Of a stretch of DNA of 32,000 bases, positions 9,291-17,225 are shown one piece after another. The position numbers and the translations under genes are program-made. Under the pieces are notes generated by a model. The model searched no databases. It had not been told where the DNA came from and saw nothing but the letters and a program-made list of their open reading frames with translations. The DNA lies in NCBI GenBank assembly GCA_030604855.1, contig JAUVVC010000003.1, forward strand, positions 1 to 32,000, written 5' to 3'. The stretch's first letter is position 1; each line of letters starts with the position of its first letter. Source of the DNA: Erysipelotrichaceae bacterium. Its GTDB lineage: Bacteria; Bacillota_I; Bacilli_A; Erysipelotrichales; Erysipelotrichaceae.

Positions 9291-9315
9291 AGCACTTGCA
9301 ATAGTGCTTTTTTTT
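9291..9315 (+). terminator. Rho-independent terminator of the ABC operon
   Basis: AGCACT (9291-9296), loop tgcaat, AGTGCT (9303-9308), followed by T7. Confidence 0.8.
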
Positions 9316-9452
9316 AGGGGTTCAATAGCGACCTTATATATGCGTTTAAAGATTGTGTCAATGAAATGCCTTGCTTTCCTTTGAAATGAAAACATACACT
9401 TTTCAGTTCAAACTAAACGAGAAACAGTTCACATCGTTAAGGATTATGATTG

Positions 9453-9487
9453 TTGACACACTTTTGACATACATTGAGGGTTATAAT
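9453..9487 (+). promoter_or_regulatory. Tandem direct repeats TTGACAYAC x2 (11-bp register) plus a TATAAT box upstream of the response-regulator gene
   Basis: TTGACACAC at 9453 and TTGACATAC at 9464. TATAAT at 9482-9487, six nt before ATG 9494. Neither TTGACA sits at canonical -35 spacing (12 or 23 nt). Confidence 0.35.
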
Positions 9488-9493
9488 ACAGAC

Positions 9494-10189
9494 ATGAAAA
9501 CAAATCCTACGATCTTGATTGCGGATGACAATCCGCAAATCACATCGATCTTAAATAGTTATTGTAAGAAAGAAGGCTTTGAGACCGTTCTTGCCGTAGA
9601 TGGTTTTGATGTGCTCAATAAAATGTCCAGTGACATCGATCTTATTCTATTGGATGTGATGATGCCCAAACTGGATGGTTTTTCCGTATGCAAGGAAATC
9701 CGTAAAGATAACAACGTACCCATCATCATGATCACCGCTCGTGGTGAAGATCACGAGAAGATCTTGGGCTTGGACATCGGAGCGGATGATTACATCGTCA
9801 AACCGTTCTCACCGCTTGAAGTCATGGCCCGCATCAAAGCGGTCCTCAGACGTCTCGAACCCGAAAGCACAAAGCACATCTTGAATTTCGATAACCTCAT
9901 GGTGGATATGCGTGCCTATCGCGTAGAAATCAATGGACAAGAAGTGTCTTTGACACGAAAAGAGATTGAATTATTGTTTACCTTAGCCATGCATCCCAAT
10001 ATTGCATACTCCCGAGATCAACTCTTGAATCAAGTCTGGGGCTATGATTATTATGGTGACAGTCGAACGGTTGACTCTCACATGACTCGTTTGCGCAGTA
10101 AACTTGAACACTTCGATCATCCAGCTTGGGATTTAAAGACCGTCTGGGGCATCGGTTATAAATTTGAACCCCTTGAGGTAAAGCCGTGA
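9494..10189 (+). CDS. OmpR/PhoB-family response regulator
   Basis: Receiver motifs ILIADDNP, LLDVMMPKLDG, VKPF. Winged-helix output LTRKEIELLFTLAMHPN...RTVDSHMTRLRSKL. I start at MKTNPTILIADD (ATG 9494), not the TTG at 9371. Confidence 0.85.
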   Translation: MKTNPTILIADDNPQITSILNSYCKKEGFETVLAVDGFDVLNKMSSDIDLILLDVMMPKLDGFSVCKEIRKDNNVPIIMITARGEDHEKILGLDIGADDYIVKPFSPLEVMARIKAVLRRLEPESTKHILNFDNLMVDMRAYRVEINGQEVSLTRKEIELLFTLAMHPNIAYSRDQLLNQVWGYDYYGDSRTVDSHMTRLRSKLEHFDHPAWDLKTVWGIGYKFEPLEVKP

Positions 10190-11616
10190 AACAGGGCATC
10201 ACTCGCAAATTGATCCTCTATTTCATTCTGGTCATCATTGTCTTTGCCTTCATCATCGGAGGTCTTTTTGGCATTTCAGTGCGTCGAGCGACACGAACAG
10301 AAATCGAACAACTTCTTTTGAATCAATCCACAAAGATTGCGGACGCAATTGAAAACAACGATAAGTTGAGCATTGACCGGGCAGAACTGAACAGCCTGCT
10401 CAGTCGTATAAATGTGGATGATTTACAAGTCTGGATTGTCAGTCCAGAAGGTGCGATCACCACCATCACAGAAACCCGTATGGGCATGAACATGATGCGG
10501 GATTACTTTGCTTTAAGTAAAGGAACACAAGAACTGCTGGGGCAAGTCTTAGCAGGTGAACAACTTGTCAGTGATCGGATCCGTGGTGTCTTCAATACGG
10601 AAACCGTTACGGTGGGTACGCCGATTGAAGTCAATGGACAGGTGATTGCGGCTTTGTTTATATCTGCTTCTGTCACATCCATTAACGCTTTGACCTCAAG
10701 TACGATTCGGATCTTGGTTCTTTCGCTGGGGATTGGGATCATCTTTGCCATCCTATTGGGTTACTTCTTATCGTTAAAGTTCGTAAAACCGTTGAATCGA
10801 GCCAATGAAGCCATCAACAGCTTGGCATTGGGTGACTATGAAGTCTTCTTAGATGTAAAGCAAAAGGATGAAATCGGACAACTTTCCAACAACATCAACA
10901 GTTTAGCCAAGCGTTTGGATGATGCGTCCAAACAAAGTGCCAACTTAGAGAAAATGCGTCAGAACTTCATAGCGGACATCACGCATGAACTCAGAACACC
11001 GGTAACCATCATTCGTGGTTTGGCAGAGGGTGTCAAAGATCAGATCTATCCAATTGAAGACAGTCCTAAGATCAGTGCTCAGATCATTCATGAGACATTG
11101 GGAATGCAACGACTGATTCAAGATCTGTTGGATCTGTCCAAGTTGGAAGATCCAGACTTTAAGTTGGATAAGCATGTGATTGAGTTGCACGATGTTTTGG
11201 ATGATGTGGTTCGAAGTGCCCGTGCGCTTTTGGAGCAGAAGCAACAAACCCTGCAGGTTCAAATCGAAGCGGGTACATGGTCTTTTAGCGGAGATGCGCA
11301 ACGCTTGAAGCAGATGTTCATTGCGACCTTGGATAATGCATCCAAATTTTCACCAGAGAAATCAACAGTTGAACTTCTTGCAAGACAAGAAGGGGAAATG
11401 GTCATCATTGAAGTTGTGGACCATGGGATTGGGATGAATGAACTCAAGCAAAAGGAATTGTTTCAACGGTATAAGAAGGAAAGTCAAAACAATCCGAATG
11501 GAAATGGATTAGGTTTACTGATCGTGTCGAAGATTGCGGCCAACCATCATATCCGCTTAGAAGTGGAGAGCCAGTTGGATATCGGAACTACGATACGGTT
11601 TAAGATACCGCTTTGA
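10186..11616 (+). CDS. Sensor histidine kinase (two TM helices, extracytoplasmic domain, HAMP, HisKA, HATPase_c)
   Basis: GTG start overlapping the regulator stop (GTGA). TM helices LILYFILVIIVFAFIIGGLFGI and ILVLSLGIGIIFAILLGYFLSL. H-box ITHELRTPVT, N-box LDNASKFSP, G-boxes DHGIGM and GNGLGLLIV. Confidence 0.9.
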   Translation: MKQGITRKLILYFILVIIVFAFIIGGLFGISVRRATRTEIEQLLLNQSTKIADAIENNDKLSIDRAELNSLLSRINVDDLQVWIVSPEGAITTITETRMGMNMMRDYFALSKGTQELLGQVLAGEQLVSDRIRGVFNTETVTVGTPIEVNGQVIAALFISASVTSINALTSSTIRILVLSLGIGIIFAILLGYFLSLKFVKPLNRANEAINSLALGDYEVFLDVKQKDEIGQLSNNINSLAKRLDDASKQSANLEKMRQNFIADITHELRTPVTIIRGLAEGVKDQIYPIEDSPKISAQIIHETLGMQRLIQDLLDLSKLEDPDFKLDKHVIELHDVLDDVVRSARALLEQKQQTLQVQIEAGTWSFSGDAQRLKQMFIATLDNASKFSPEKSTVELLARQEGEMVIIEVVDHGIGMNELKQKELFQRYKKESQNNPNGNGLGLLIVSKIAANHHIRLEVESQLDIGTTIRFKIPL

Positions 11617-11640
11617 AATATGAATACGTGATCAGAGTAT

Positions 11641-11681
11641 AAAAAAGATCGATGCACGAACAATGTGAATCGATCTTTTTT
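11641..11681. terminator. Bidirectional rho-independent terminator between the convergent kinase and aldolase genes
   Basis: AAAAAAGATCGAT (11641-11653) pairs with ATCGATCTTTTTT (11669-11681). The A-run/T-run flanks allow termination in both directions. Confidence 0.8.
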
Positions 11682-11684
11682 ATT

Positions 11685-12332
11685 CTAGAATTTTTGACCG
11701 TAATTTGCAAAACGTACAATCATGCGATCCATTTCTTCATCTGGTAGGATGACAGGTTCTCCAATAGCCTTGGCTCGAACATAGAGTTCTGCACAGAATT
11801 CAAGTTGCTCAGCAATCGCAAAGGCGGTCTGCAAGTTTGGACCAACACAGTTCATTCCGTGATTGGCCAATAAAACAGCATTCTGTTCACCCATTGTTCT
11901 GATGGAATTCTCAGCAAGCTCAGGTGTTCCATATGTCGCATATGGAGCACACTTCACAGATTTACCTTTCGCAAATGCGACTAAGTAATCAACAGCAGGC
12001 AAGTCTTGATTTAAACAAGACACAGTTGCGGCAAAGGTTGAATGCACATGGATCATCCCCCCTACATCCTTCCTGTTCTTATAAACGATAGCATGCATCG
12101 CATTTTCGGAAGAAGGAACTTTGGTGCCATCAACGATGGTTCCATCCAACTTCATGATGACGACATCTTCTGGAAGCGTAGCTTCATATGCGATCCCTGA
12201 AGGGGAAATAGCCATCAACTCCAATTCATGATCATAAATACTTAGATTACCACCTGTACCTCTTGTGAGACCTGAGGAGAGCATCAATTTTCCATACTCA
12301 ACAATCAGTTCTCTTTCTTTTTGCATTAACAT
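11685..12332 (-). CDS. Class II aldolase/adducin-family protein, L-fuculose-phosphate aldolase-like
   Basis: Collinear with my recollection of E. coli FucA: GTGGNLS, PSSE, HVHS (metal His pair), CAPYATYGT, LLANHG, C-terminal EEMDRMIVRFANYG. Start at ATG 12332 (MLMQKE), 8 nt after AAGGA. The ORF-track GTG at 12353 lacks an SD. Confidence 0.85.
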   Translation of the reverse strand: MLMQKERELIVEYGKLMLSSGLTRGTGGNLSIYDHELELMAISPSGIAYEATLPEDVVIMKLDGTIVDGTKVPSSENAMHAIVYKNRKDVGGMIHVHSTFAATVSCLNQDLPAVDYLVAFAKGKSVKCAPYATYGTPELAENSIRTMGEQNAVLLANHGMNCVGPNLQTAFAIAEQLEFCAELYVRAKAIGEPVILPDEEMDRMIVRFANYGQKF

Positions 12333-12403
12333 AATTGTTCTCCTTTCTGTCACATTAGCATAATTGAAGTGGATGAACTAAGACCAATTTTGACACTTTG
12401 ATT

Positions 12404-12473
12404 GTGCAATGTTTGTTAAAATATTATCAATGTTTGAACACATAAGTGTGCAAAAATGACATGTCAATTGCAC
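12404..12473. promoter_or_regulatory. Repeat cluster in the divergent aldolase / PTS control region (candidate operator or activator sites)
   Basis: CAATGTTTG at 12407 and 12428 (21-bp register). GTGCAA at 12404 and 12448. Inverted pair GTGCAA (12448) / TTGCAC (12468) enclosing the perfect palindrome TGACATGTCA (12457-12466). Confidence 0.35.
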
Positions 12474-12552
12474 TGAATAATTACGAAAGTTGGACTTAGT
12501 AAGTCTTTGCAATACTAATTAAAATGAAGATGGCTATAAGGGGAGAACCGTT

Positions 12553-13032
12553 ATGTTTGCAAAGTTATTTAATGAGTCACTTGTATTTCTTGACTATCCA
12601 GTTCATTCTGCGGAAGATTTCATTCGTAAAATGTCAAGTTATCTCGAAGGTGAAGGAATGGTTCTGCCGACTTATGTGGATGCGGTCTTGAATCGTGAGA
12701 AAGTGTTCCCGACAGGCCTACCTACAATTCCGTTTCCGGTCGCAATACCACACGGAGATCCAGAGCATGTGATTAAGCCTTGTATTGTTGTTGCTAAGCC
12801 ATCACAAGCCATTGAATTTGGAGAGATGGGAAGTTTGGATCATAAAGTGATGGCACACTACATATTCATGCTTGTCATTAAGAAAGCTGAAGATCAAATC
12901 GTCTTACTTCAAAGCATGATCGATATGTTCATGAATGAAGAAGCAATGCATCGGTTAGATGAAGCAAAAACAAAAAGAGAGATGATTGAAGTATTGTCGA
13001 GTTATCTACACAAGAAAGGAGAAAGTGAATGA
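12553..13032 (+). CDS. PTS EIIA component, galactitol/fructose/mannitol type (PTS_EIIA_2)
   Basis: 159 aa. FPTGLPT...VAIPHGDPEHV contains the phosphorylatable His context. SD AAGGGGAG. Confidence 0.85.
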   Translation: MFAKLFNESLVFLDYPVHSAEDFIRKMSSYLEGEGMVLPTYVDAVLNREKVFPTGLPTIPFPVAIPHGDPEHVIKPCIVVAKPSQAIEFGEMGSLDHKVMAHYIFMLVIKKAEDQIVLLQSMIDMFMNEEAMHRLDEAKTKREMIEVLSSYLHKKGESE

Positions 13033-13304
13033 AACGAGTAATTGTAGCCTGTGGTTCCGGAGTCGCTACTTCACAAATGGTGGCATCTAAAGTGGCACGT
13101 CTACTTAAAGAAAAACGTGTCAATGCAGTTGTTGATGCAGTAGACATCAAATCGATTGCAACACACATTAAGCAATGTGATGTCTATATCGCCATTACAG
13201 CACCTACTGTTGATTATCCTGTACCTGTATTAAATGGGATCGCATTCTTGACCGGAATGGGCATGGATAAAGAATTGGATAAACTCATCAACTTATTAAA
13301 ATAA
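13029..13304 (+). CDS. PTS EIIB component, galactitol family
   Basis: 91 aa. MKRVIVACGSGVATSQMV has the active-site Cys in the typical N-terminal loop. ATGA overlap with EIIA. Confidence 0.85.
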   Translation: MKRVIVACGSGVATSQMVASKVARLLKEKRVNAVVDAVDIKSIATHIKQCDVYIAITAPTVDYPVPVLNGIAFLTGMGMDKELDKLINLLK

Positions 13305-13359
13305 TCTCTATCTTTTGCTTCTCTCATAAAAAAGTTCTAAATATACGAAAGGGGTAAAT

Positions 13360-14703
13360 ATGGAACTATTACAATCGATAGTTAATGCAGTGTTGGGTTT
13401 AGGTTCTCAAGTTTTCTTACCGGTTGTCATGATCCTCGTTGGTTTGCTCGTCAAGATGAAATTCAAAGACGCATTCTCAGCAGGTTTGACATTAGGGGTT
13501 GCTTTTGTGGGTATGGGTGCGATCATCGGCTTTATGTTTGGTTTTATCAGCCCAGCAGCAGAAGCATTGGTCAATAATACGGGCATTCAACTCACCGCTA
13601 TCGACGTAGGTTGGTCGCCACTCGCATCTATTGCATGGGCTTGGCCATATGCATTTATTCTCTTCCCAATTCAGATCATTGTGAACATGGTGATGATCGC
13701 TTTGAACAAAACAAACACTTTGAACGTTGACTTGTGGAATGTATGGAATAAGATTTTAACCGCTGTTATGGTCGTTGCGGTATCCGGTAGTGTCGTAGCT
13801 GCGATGGTCGTGGGTACGATTCAAGTTGTCTTTGAATTATGGAATGCAGACTTGACTCAAAAGCAAGTTCAAAAAACAACAGGTATTCCTGGTGTTTCCG
13901 TTCCTCACTCCATGATGATGTTTGCAGTTGTTTTGAATCCTTTTAACAAAATCCTAGAAAAGATTCCTGGTTTGAATATTGATGTAGATGCTCAAACATT
14001 AAAAGACAAAATTGGTGTCTTTGCAGAAAATCATGTCATGGGTTTCATTATTGGTACATTGATTGGTTTTGCAGCCGGTTATGCTCCTGTAGCAGCCGTT
14101 AACTTGGGTATTTCGACAGGTACAGCTTTGACTCTGTTCCCAATGGTCGCAAAACTCTTCATGGTCGCCTTGTCTCCGATTTCCGATGCGGCGGGCGAAT
14201 TCATGAAATCAAAATTTCCTGGTCGTGAATTCTATATTGGTCTTGACTGGCCGATTCTAGCAGGTTCTCCAGAGCTTTGGGTAACGGCAGTCCTTCTTGT
14301 TCCTGTAATGTTAGTCTTCGCATTGATTCTTCCTGGAAACAACGTCCTTCCTATGGGTGGTATCGTCAATATCTGTCTCGTAGCACCACTCTTGATCATT
14401 ACAGGTGGAAACATTGTTCGTATGGTTATCTTAGGTGTTATGTCTACGCCGATCTTCTTATATGTCGGTACATTATTGGCACCAACAATCACAGATTTAG
14501 CACGTACAACGGGTACTTATGATGTTCCTGCGGGTCAGATGATTTCTTGGGCTGGAATGGAAATGCCTGTCTTCCGCTATGTGTTCTCTCAAGCATCGGA
14601 TATTATCAATGGCAATTTCGTTGGTTTGATTTTCTTAGCGGTATGGGGTGGCCTCTGGTTCCTCTATGTCAAAGAATGGAATGCACGTAACAAAGAGCTT
14701 TAA
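13360..14703 (+). CDS. PTS EIIC component, galactitol family (GatC-like)
   Basis: 447 aa polytopic protein. N-terminal region, including ...IDVGWSPLASIAWAWPYAFILFPIQIIVNMVMI...NVDLWNVWNK, is collinear with my recollection of E. coli GatC. Confidence 0.9.
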   Translation: MELLQSIVNAVLGLGSQVFLPVVMILVGLLVKMKFKDAFSAGLTLGVAFVGMGAIIGFMFGFISPAAEALVNNTGIQLTAIDVGWSPLASIAWAWPYAFILFPIQIIVNMVMIALNKTNTLNVDLWNVWNKILTAVMVVAVSGSVVAAMVVGTIQVVFELWNADLTQKQVQKTTGIPGVSVPHSMMMFAVVLNPFNKILEKIPGLNIDVDAQTLKDKIGVFAENHVMGFIIGTLIGFAAGYAPVAAVNLGISTGTALTLFPMVAKLFMVALSPISDAAGEFMKSKFPGREFYIGLDWPILAGSPELWVTAVLLVPVMLVFALILPGNNVLPMGGIVNICLVAPLLIITGGNIVRMVILGVMSTPIFLYVGTLLAPTITDLARTTGTYDVPAGQMISWAGMEMPVFRYVFSQASDIINGNFVGLIFLAVWGGLWFLYVKEWNARNKEL

Positions 14704-14717
14704 TCCGTTAACAATCC

Positions 14718-14743
14718 GCAGGTGACCATTCTTGGTCACCTGC
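14718..14743 (+). other. Intercistronic stem-loop between EIIC and the kinase gene
   Basis: Perfect 11-bp stem GCAGGTGACCA / TGGTCACCTGC with loop ttct and no T-tract. It ends 8 nt before the kinase SD AAGGAG. Confidence 0.5.
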
Positions 14744-14761
14744 ATCTTAAAAGGAGTACGC

Positions 14762-15697
14762 ATGATTTACACCATTACGTTGAACACTGCCGTTGATCGA
14801 ATTGTCCAAATTCAGGGTCGATTGACGCGCAAAGCCAATAATAAAACGAAATCCGTTCAATATGATATCGGTGGAAAAGCGACACACGTTTCAGTTGTTT
14901 TATCAGCACTTGAGATTCCCAACATTGCGACAGGTGTGATCGGTGGAAAAACAGGCGAGCACATGGTTCATTTGATGGAGTTGAAAGGTGTTGACTGCAG
15001 ATTCATTGAACAAAAGAACTGTGAAACACGTGAATCGATCATTCTCGTGGATGAGAGTGGTGAGGGTAGTTATATGATTACCCAAAAGGGCTTTCCTTTA
15101 AATGATGAATCGATTGAGACACTGAAGAAGTTCTTAGACGTAAACGTGAAGAAAGAAGATATCGTTGTGTTTGCAGGAAGTCCTCCGCACGAACTGGATG
15201 TGGAGATTTATGGGTCAATGCTTTCCGTTGTAAAAAAACATGACGCAAAACTTGTCGTTGACGCTGCGGGAGCTTATCTTAAAAAGGCATTGGAGTATCA
15301 ACCATATTTAATCAAGCCGAATGAATTTGAATATCAAGAATTTATCAATTCTAAATGTGATTCCATAGAAGATTTTGTCAATGCGCTTAAAACGCATGAT
15401 TTAGATGTTGAAGTGACCATCGTTTCGCTTGGGAAAAGAGGGGCACTTGCCAAAAAGGGTGACGAGATCATACATGTGATTCCGCCAACCATTCATGAAG
15501 TCAATGAAACCGGAGCGGGAGATTTCTTTGTTGGCGGACTTGTCGCAAAGATTTATGAGAACGCTTCAGTTGAAGATATGTTGCGTACGGCAGCTGCCAT
15601 CGGGGCAAGTAAAGCCATGCAAGAAGGAAGTGCGAGTTTTGATTTGTCGGATGTTAAAGAACTCTTAGCTAAGTGCAAGATTGAAAGGAAAGTGTAA
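14762..15697 (+). CDS. PfkB-family sugar-phosphate kinase (1-phosphofructokinase / tagatose-6-phosphate kinase-like)
   Basis: MIYTITLNTAVDR N-terminus, DIGGKATHVS, LIKPNEFE and NETGAGDFFVGG (GAGD anion hole), typical of the FruK/LacC subfamily. Start at ATG 14762, after AAGGAG. Confidence 0.9.
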   Translation: MIYTITLNTAVDRIVQIQGRLTRKANNKTKSVQYDIGGKATHVSVVLSALEIPNIATGVIGGKTGEHMVHLMELKGVDCRFIEQKNCETRESIILVDESGEGSYMITQKGFPLNDESIETLKKFLDVNVKKEDIVVFAGSPPHELDVEIYGSMLSVVKKHDAKLVVDAAGAYLKKALEYQPYLIKPNEFEYQEFINSKCDSIEDFVNALKTHDLDVEVTIVSLGKRGALAKKGDEIIHVIPPTIHEVNETGAGDFFVGGLVAKIYENASVEDMLRTAAAIGASKAMQEGSASFDLSDVKELLAKCKIERKV

Positions 15698-15698
15698 G

Positions 15699-16352
15699 AT
15701 GCTATACCGATTGGAACGTCAAAAATTATGTGATTGGATGTTGGTTATGTATGATCGCTGGCTGACAAATGCAGCCGGAGGCAATGTAACCGTCAGAATC
15801 AATGATGAACATTGGATTATGACACCGACTTTGATGGCGCAAGAAAAGTTGTGCAGAATGGTTCCTGAGAATATTTTAGTTGTAGATAAAGATCTCAACA
15901 TCATCGAAGGGGATGGCCAGCTTACGCGTGAAACCAATATGCACATGGCAATTTATGAAAGTGATCCGCGTGTAAAAGCAGTGATTCATGCGCATCCAAA
16001 AGAACTCATGCCATTTGCGACCATGGGAATTGGAATGCCCATCATCAATGAAAATCTACGTAAAATGGGTGACTTACCGTGTTTACCATATGCACCAGCG
16101 ACAACTGTCATTTTGGCTGAACGCGTACGTAAGTTTGTACTGGATAATGTCGCAAAGGGGGTTAATTTACCTTATGGAGCATTGTTGCAGGAACATGGCA
16201 TTATTTTAGCCGAATCCTCTTTAGAGAAATGCTATGACGTTCTTGAACGCCTTGAAGCGAATGCGTATACGTACATACAAGCAAAGGTTTTAGAACTAAC
16301 CGGTCATCAATGGGCAAAGAGTACAAGTCATGAACACATCTCAGATGAGTAA
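15699..16352 (+). CDS. Class II aldolase/adducin-family protein (divergent; aldolase or 4-epimerase)
   Basis: AAGGNVTV, TRETNMH (Glu), HAHP (His pair) and LLQEHG (third His) conserve the fold's metal and catalytic positions. Start at ATG 15699, two nt after the kinase stop, with SD AAAGGAAAG. Confidence 0.8.
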   Translation: MLYRLERQKLCDWMLVMYDRWLTNAAGGNVTVRINDEHWIMTPTLMAQEKLCRMVPENILVVDKDLNIIEGDGQLTRETNMHMAIYESDPRVKAVIHAHPKELMPFATMGIGMPIINENLRKMGDLPCLPYAPATTVILAERVRKFVLDNVAKGVNLPYGALLQEHGIILAESSLEKCYDVLERLEANAYTYIQAKVLELTGHQWAKSTSHEHISDE

Positions 16353-16587
16353 TATGAAACCGTTCACCTTTTATGGACTGACTGTGATTGCGGTCGCCAA
16401 CCTTGTTATTGGTTTTATATCAGGGAATACAATCTTCTTAATTGTTGCCCTGTTGACTGCGCTCTATCTTAAGCCTTTTGTTAAAACGATGCCGATACCA
16501 AAAGCTTATTTAAAATTTACAAATATTCCAGAAGGAACAACACTCGAAGATATCAAAGATGCCTACAAACACGGGAAAAAGAAATAA
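16330..16587 (+). CDS. Small hypothetical membrane protein (about 77-85 aa, two predicted TM helices)
   Basis: Hydrophobic core FTFYGLTVIAVANLVIGFISGNTIFLIVALLTALYL followed by a charged tail. Start is uncertain (ATG at 16330, 16345 or 16354). Overlaps both neighbours. Confidence 0.45.
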   Translation: MNTSQMSNMKPFTFYGLTVIAVANLVIGFISGNTIFLIVALLTALYLKPFVKTMPIPKAYLKFTNIPEGTTLEDIKDAYKHGKKK

Positions 16588-17215
16588 AAAAGTAACGCTT
16601 TATATCACGCGACATGGAAAGACGCTTATGAATCAGCAAAGGCTTTATCAAGGAAGCCTGGATTCACCACTCCATGAAATCGGAATCAAAGCAACTGAAG
16701 CCTTGCGGAATCGACTTAAGGATGTTTCTTTTGATGCAGTCTATGTAAGCCCGCTTGGCAGAACCATTGAGACTTATCAACGATTAAAAACTCCAAACAT
16801 GCCCAATTTGGAAATACGTCCTGCTTTAAGAGAATTTGACTTCGGGGTGATTGAAGGATCGCGTATCGATGAGGCTGAATCCAAATGGCCAGAAGAGATA
16901 CGAAGTCTCTATCATGACCCCCGAAATCAAATATCCGCTCAGGGAATGGATCGTTTAGATGAATTTAATCGAACAGTCATTCAAGAGCTGTATGACCTAC
17001 TTGACTTGCATGATAATTCTTGCATACTATTAGTAACACATGGTATTGTTATGCGTTCATTAATGATGGAGTTCGAGAAAAGATCCATTGATGACTTCTG
17101 GATAGATGGATATATTCCATCAAACAGTTTGTTGATTGTCGAATTCGACGGTACTCGGTTTAATCTTCTCGATCGTTTCAATAACGATCATATAAAATCA
17201 ATTGAAGATGTTTAA
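16559..17215 (+). CDS. Histidine phosphatase superfamily protein (phosphoglycerate mutase-like sugar-phosphate phosphatase)
   Basis: LYITRHGKT (RHG motif), VSPLGRTIET, EFDFGVIEG, LLVTHG. The only in-frame start upstream of RHG is ATG 16559, which has a weak SD. Confidence 0.8.
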   Translation: MPTNTGKRNKKVTLYITRHGKTLMNQQRLYQGSLDSPLHEIGIKATEALRNRLKDVSFDAVYVSPLGRTIETYQRLKTPNMPNLEIRPALREFDFGVIEGSRIDEAESKWPEEIRSLYHDPRNQISAQGMDRLDEFNRTVIQELYDLLDLHDNSCILLVTHGIVMRSLMMEFEKRSIDDFWIDGYIPSNSLLIVEFDGTRFNLLDRFNNDHIKSIEDV

Positions 17216-17225
17216 TGGAGCCCAC

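Noticed and set aside
10945-11301. 118-aa minus-strand ORF inside the histidine kinase gene. Similar long antisense ORFs occur at 26904-27284, 28052-28480, 29152-29571 and 30935-31342.
   Set aside because: Each is antisense to a gene with strong family motifs. They are low-complexity or Ser/Ala/Ile-rich, have no SD and no recognisable domain. I treat them as frame shadows rather than overlapping genes.
12354-12552. Expected a RAT/terminator antitermination element upstream of the PTS-Gat operon because a PRD regulator is present.
   Set aside because: The regulator is about 692 aa with N-terminal HTH domains and EIIB/EIIA-like domains (DNA-binding activator class). No terminator hairpin with a T-tract lies between the putative promoter region and the EIIA start.
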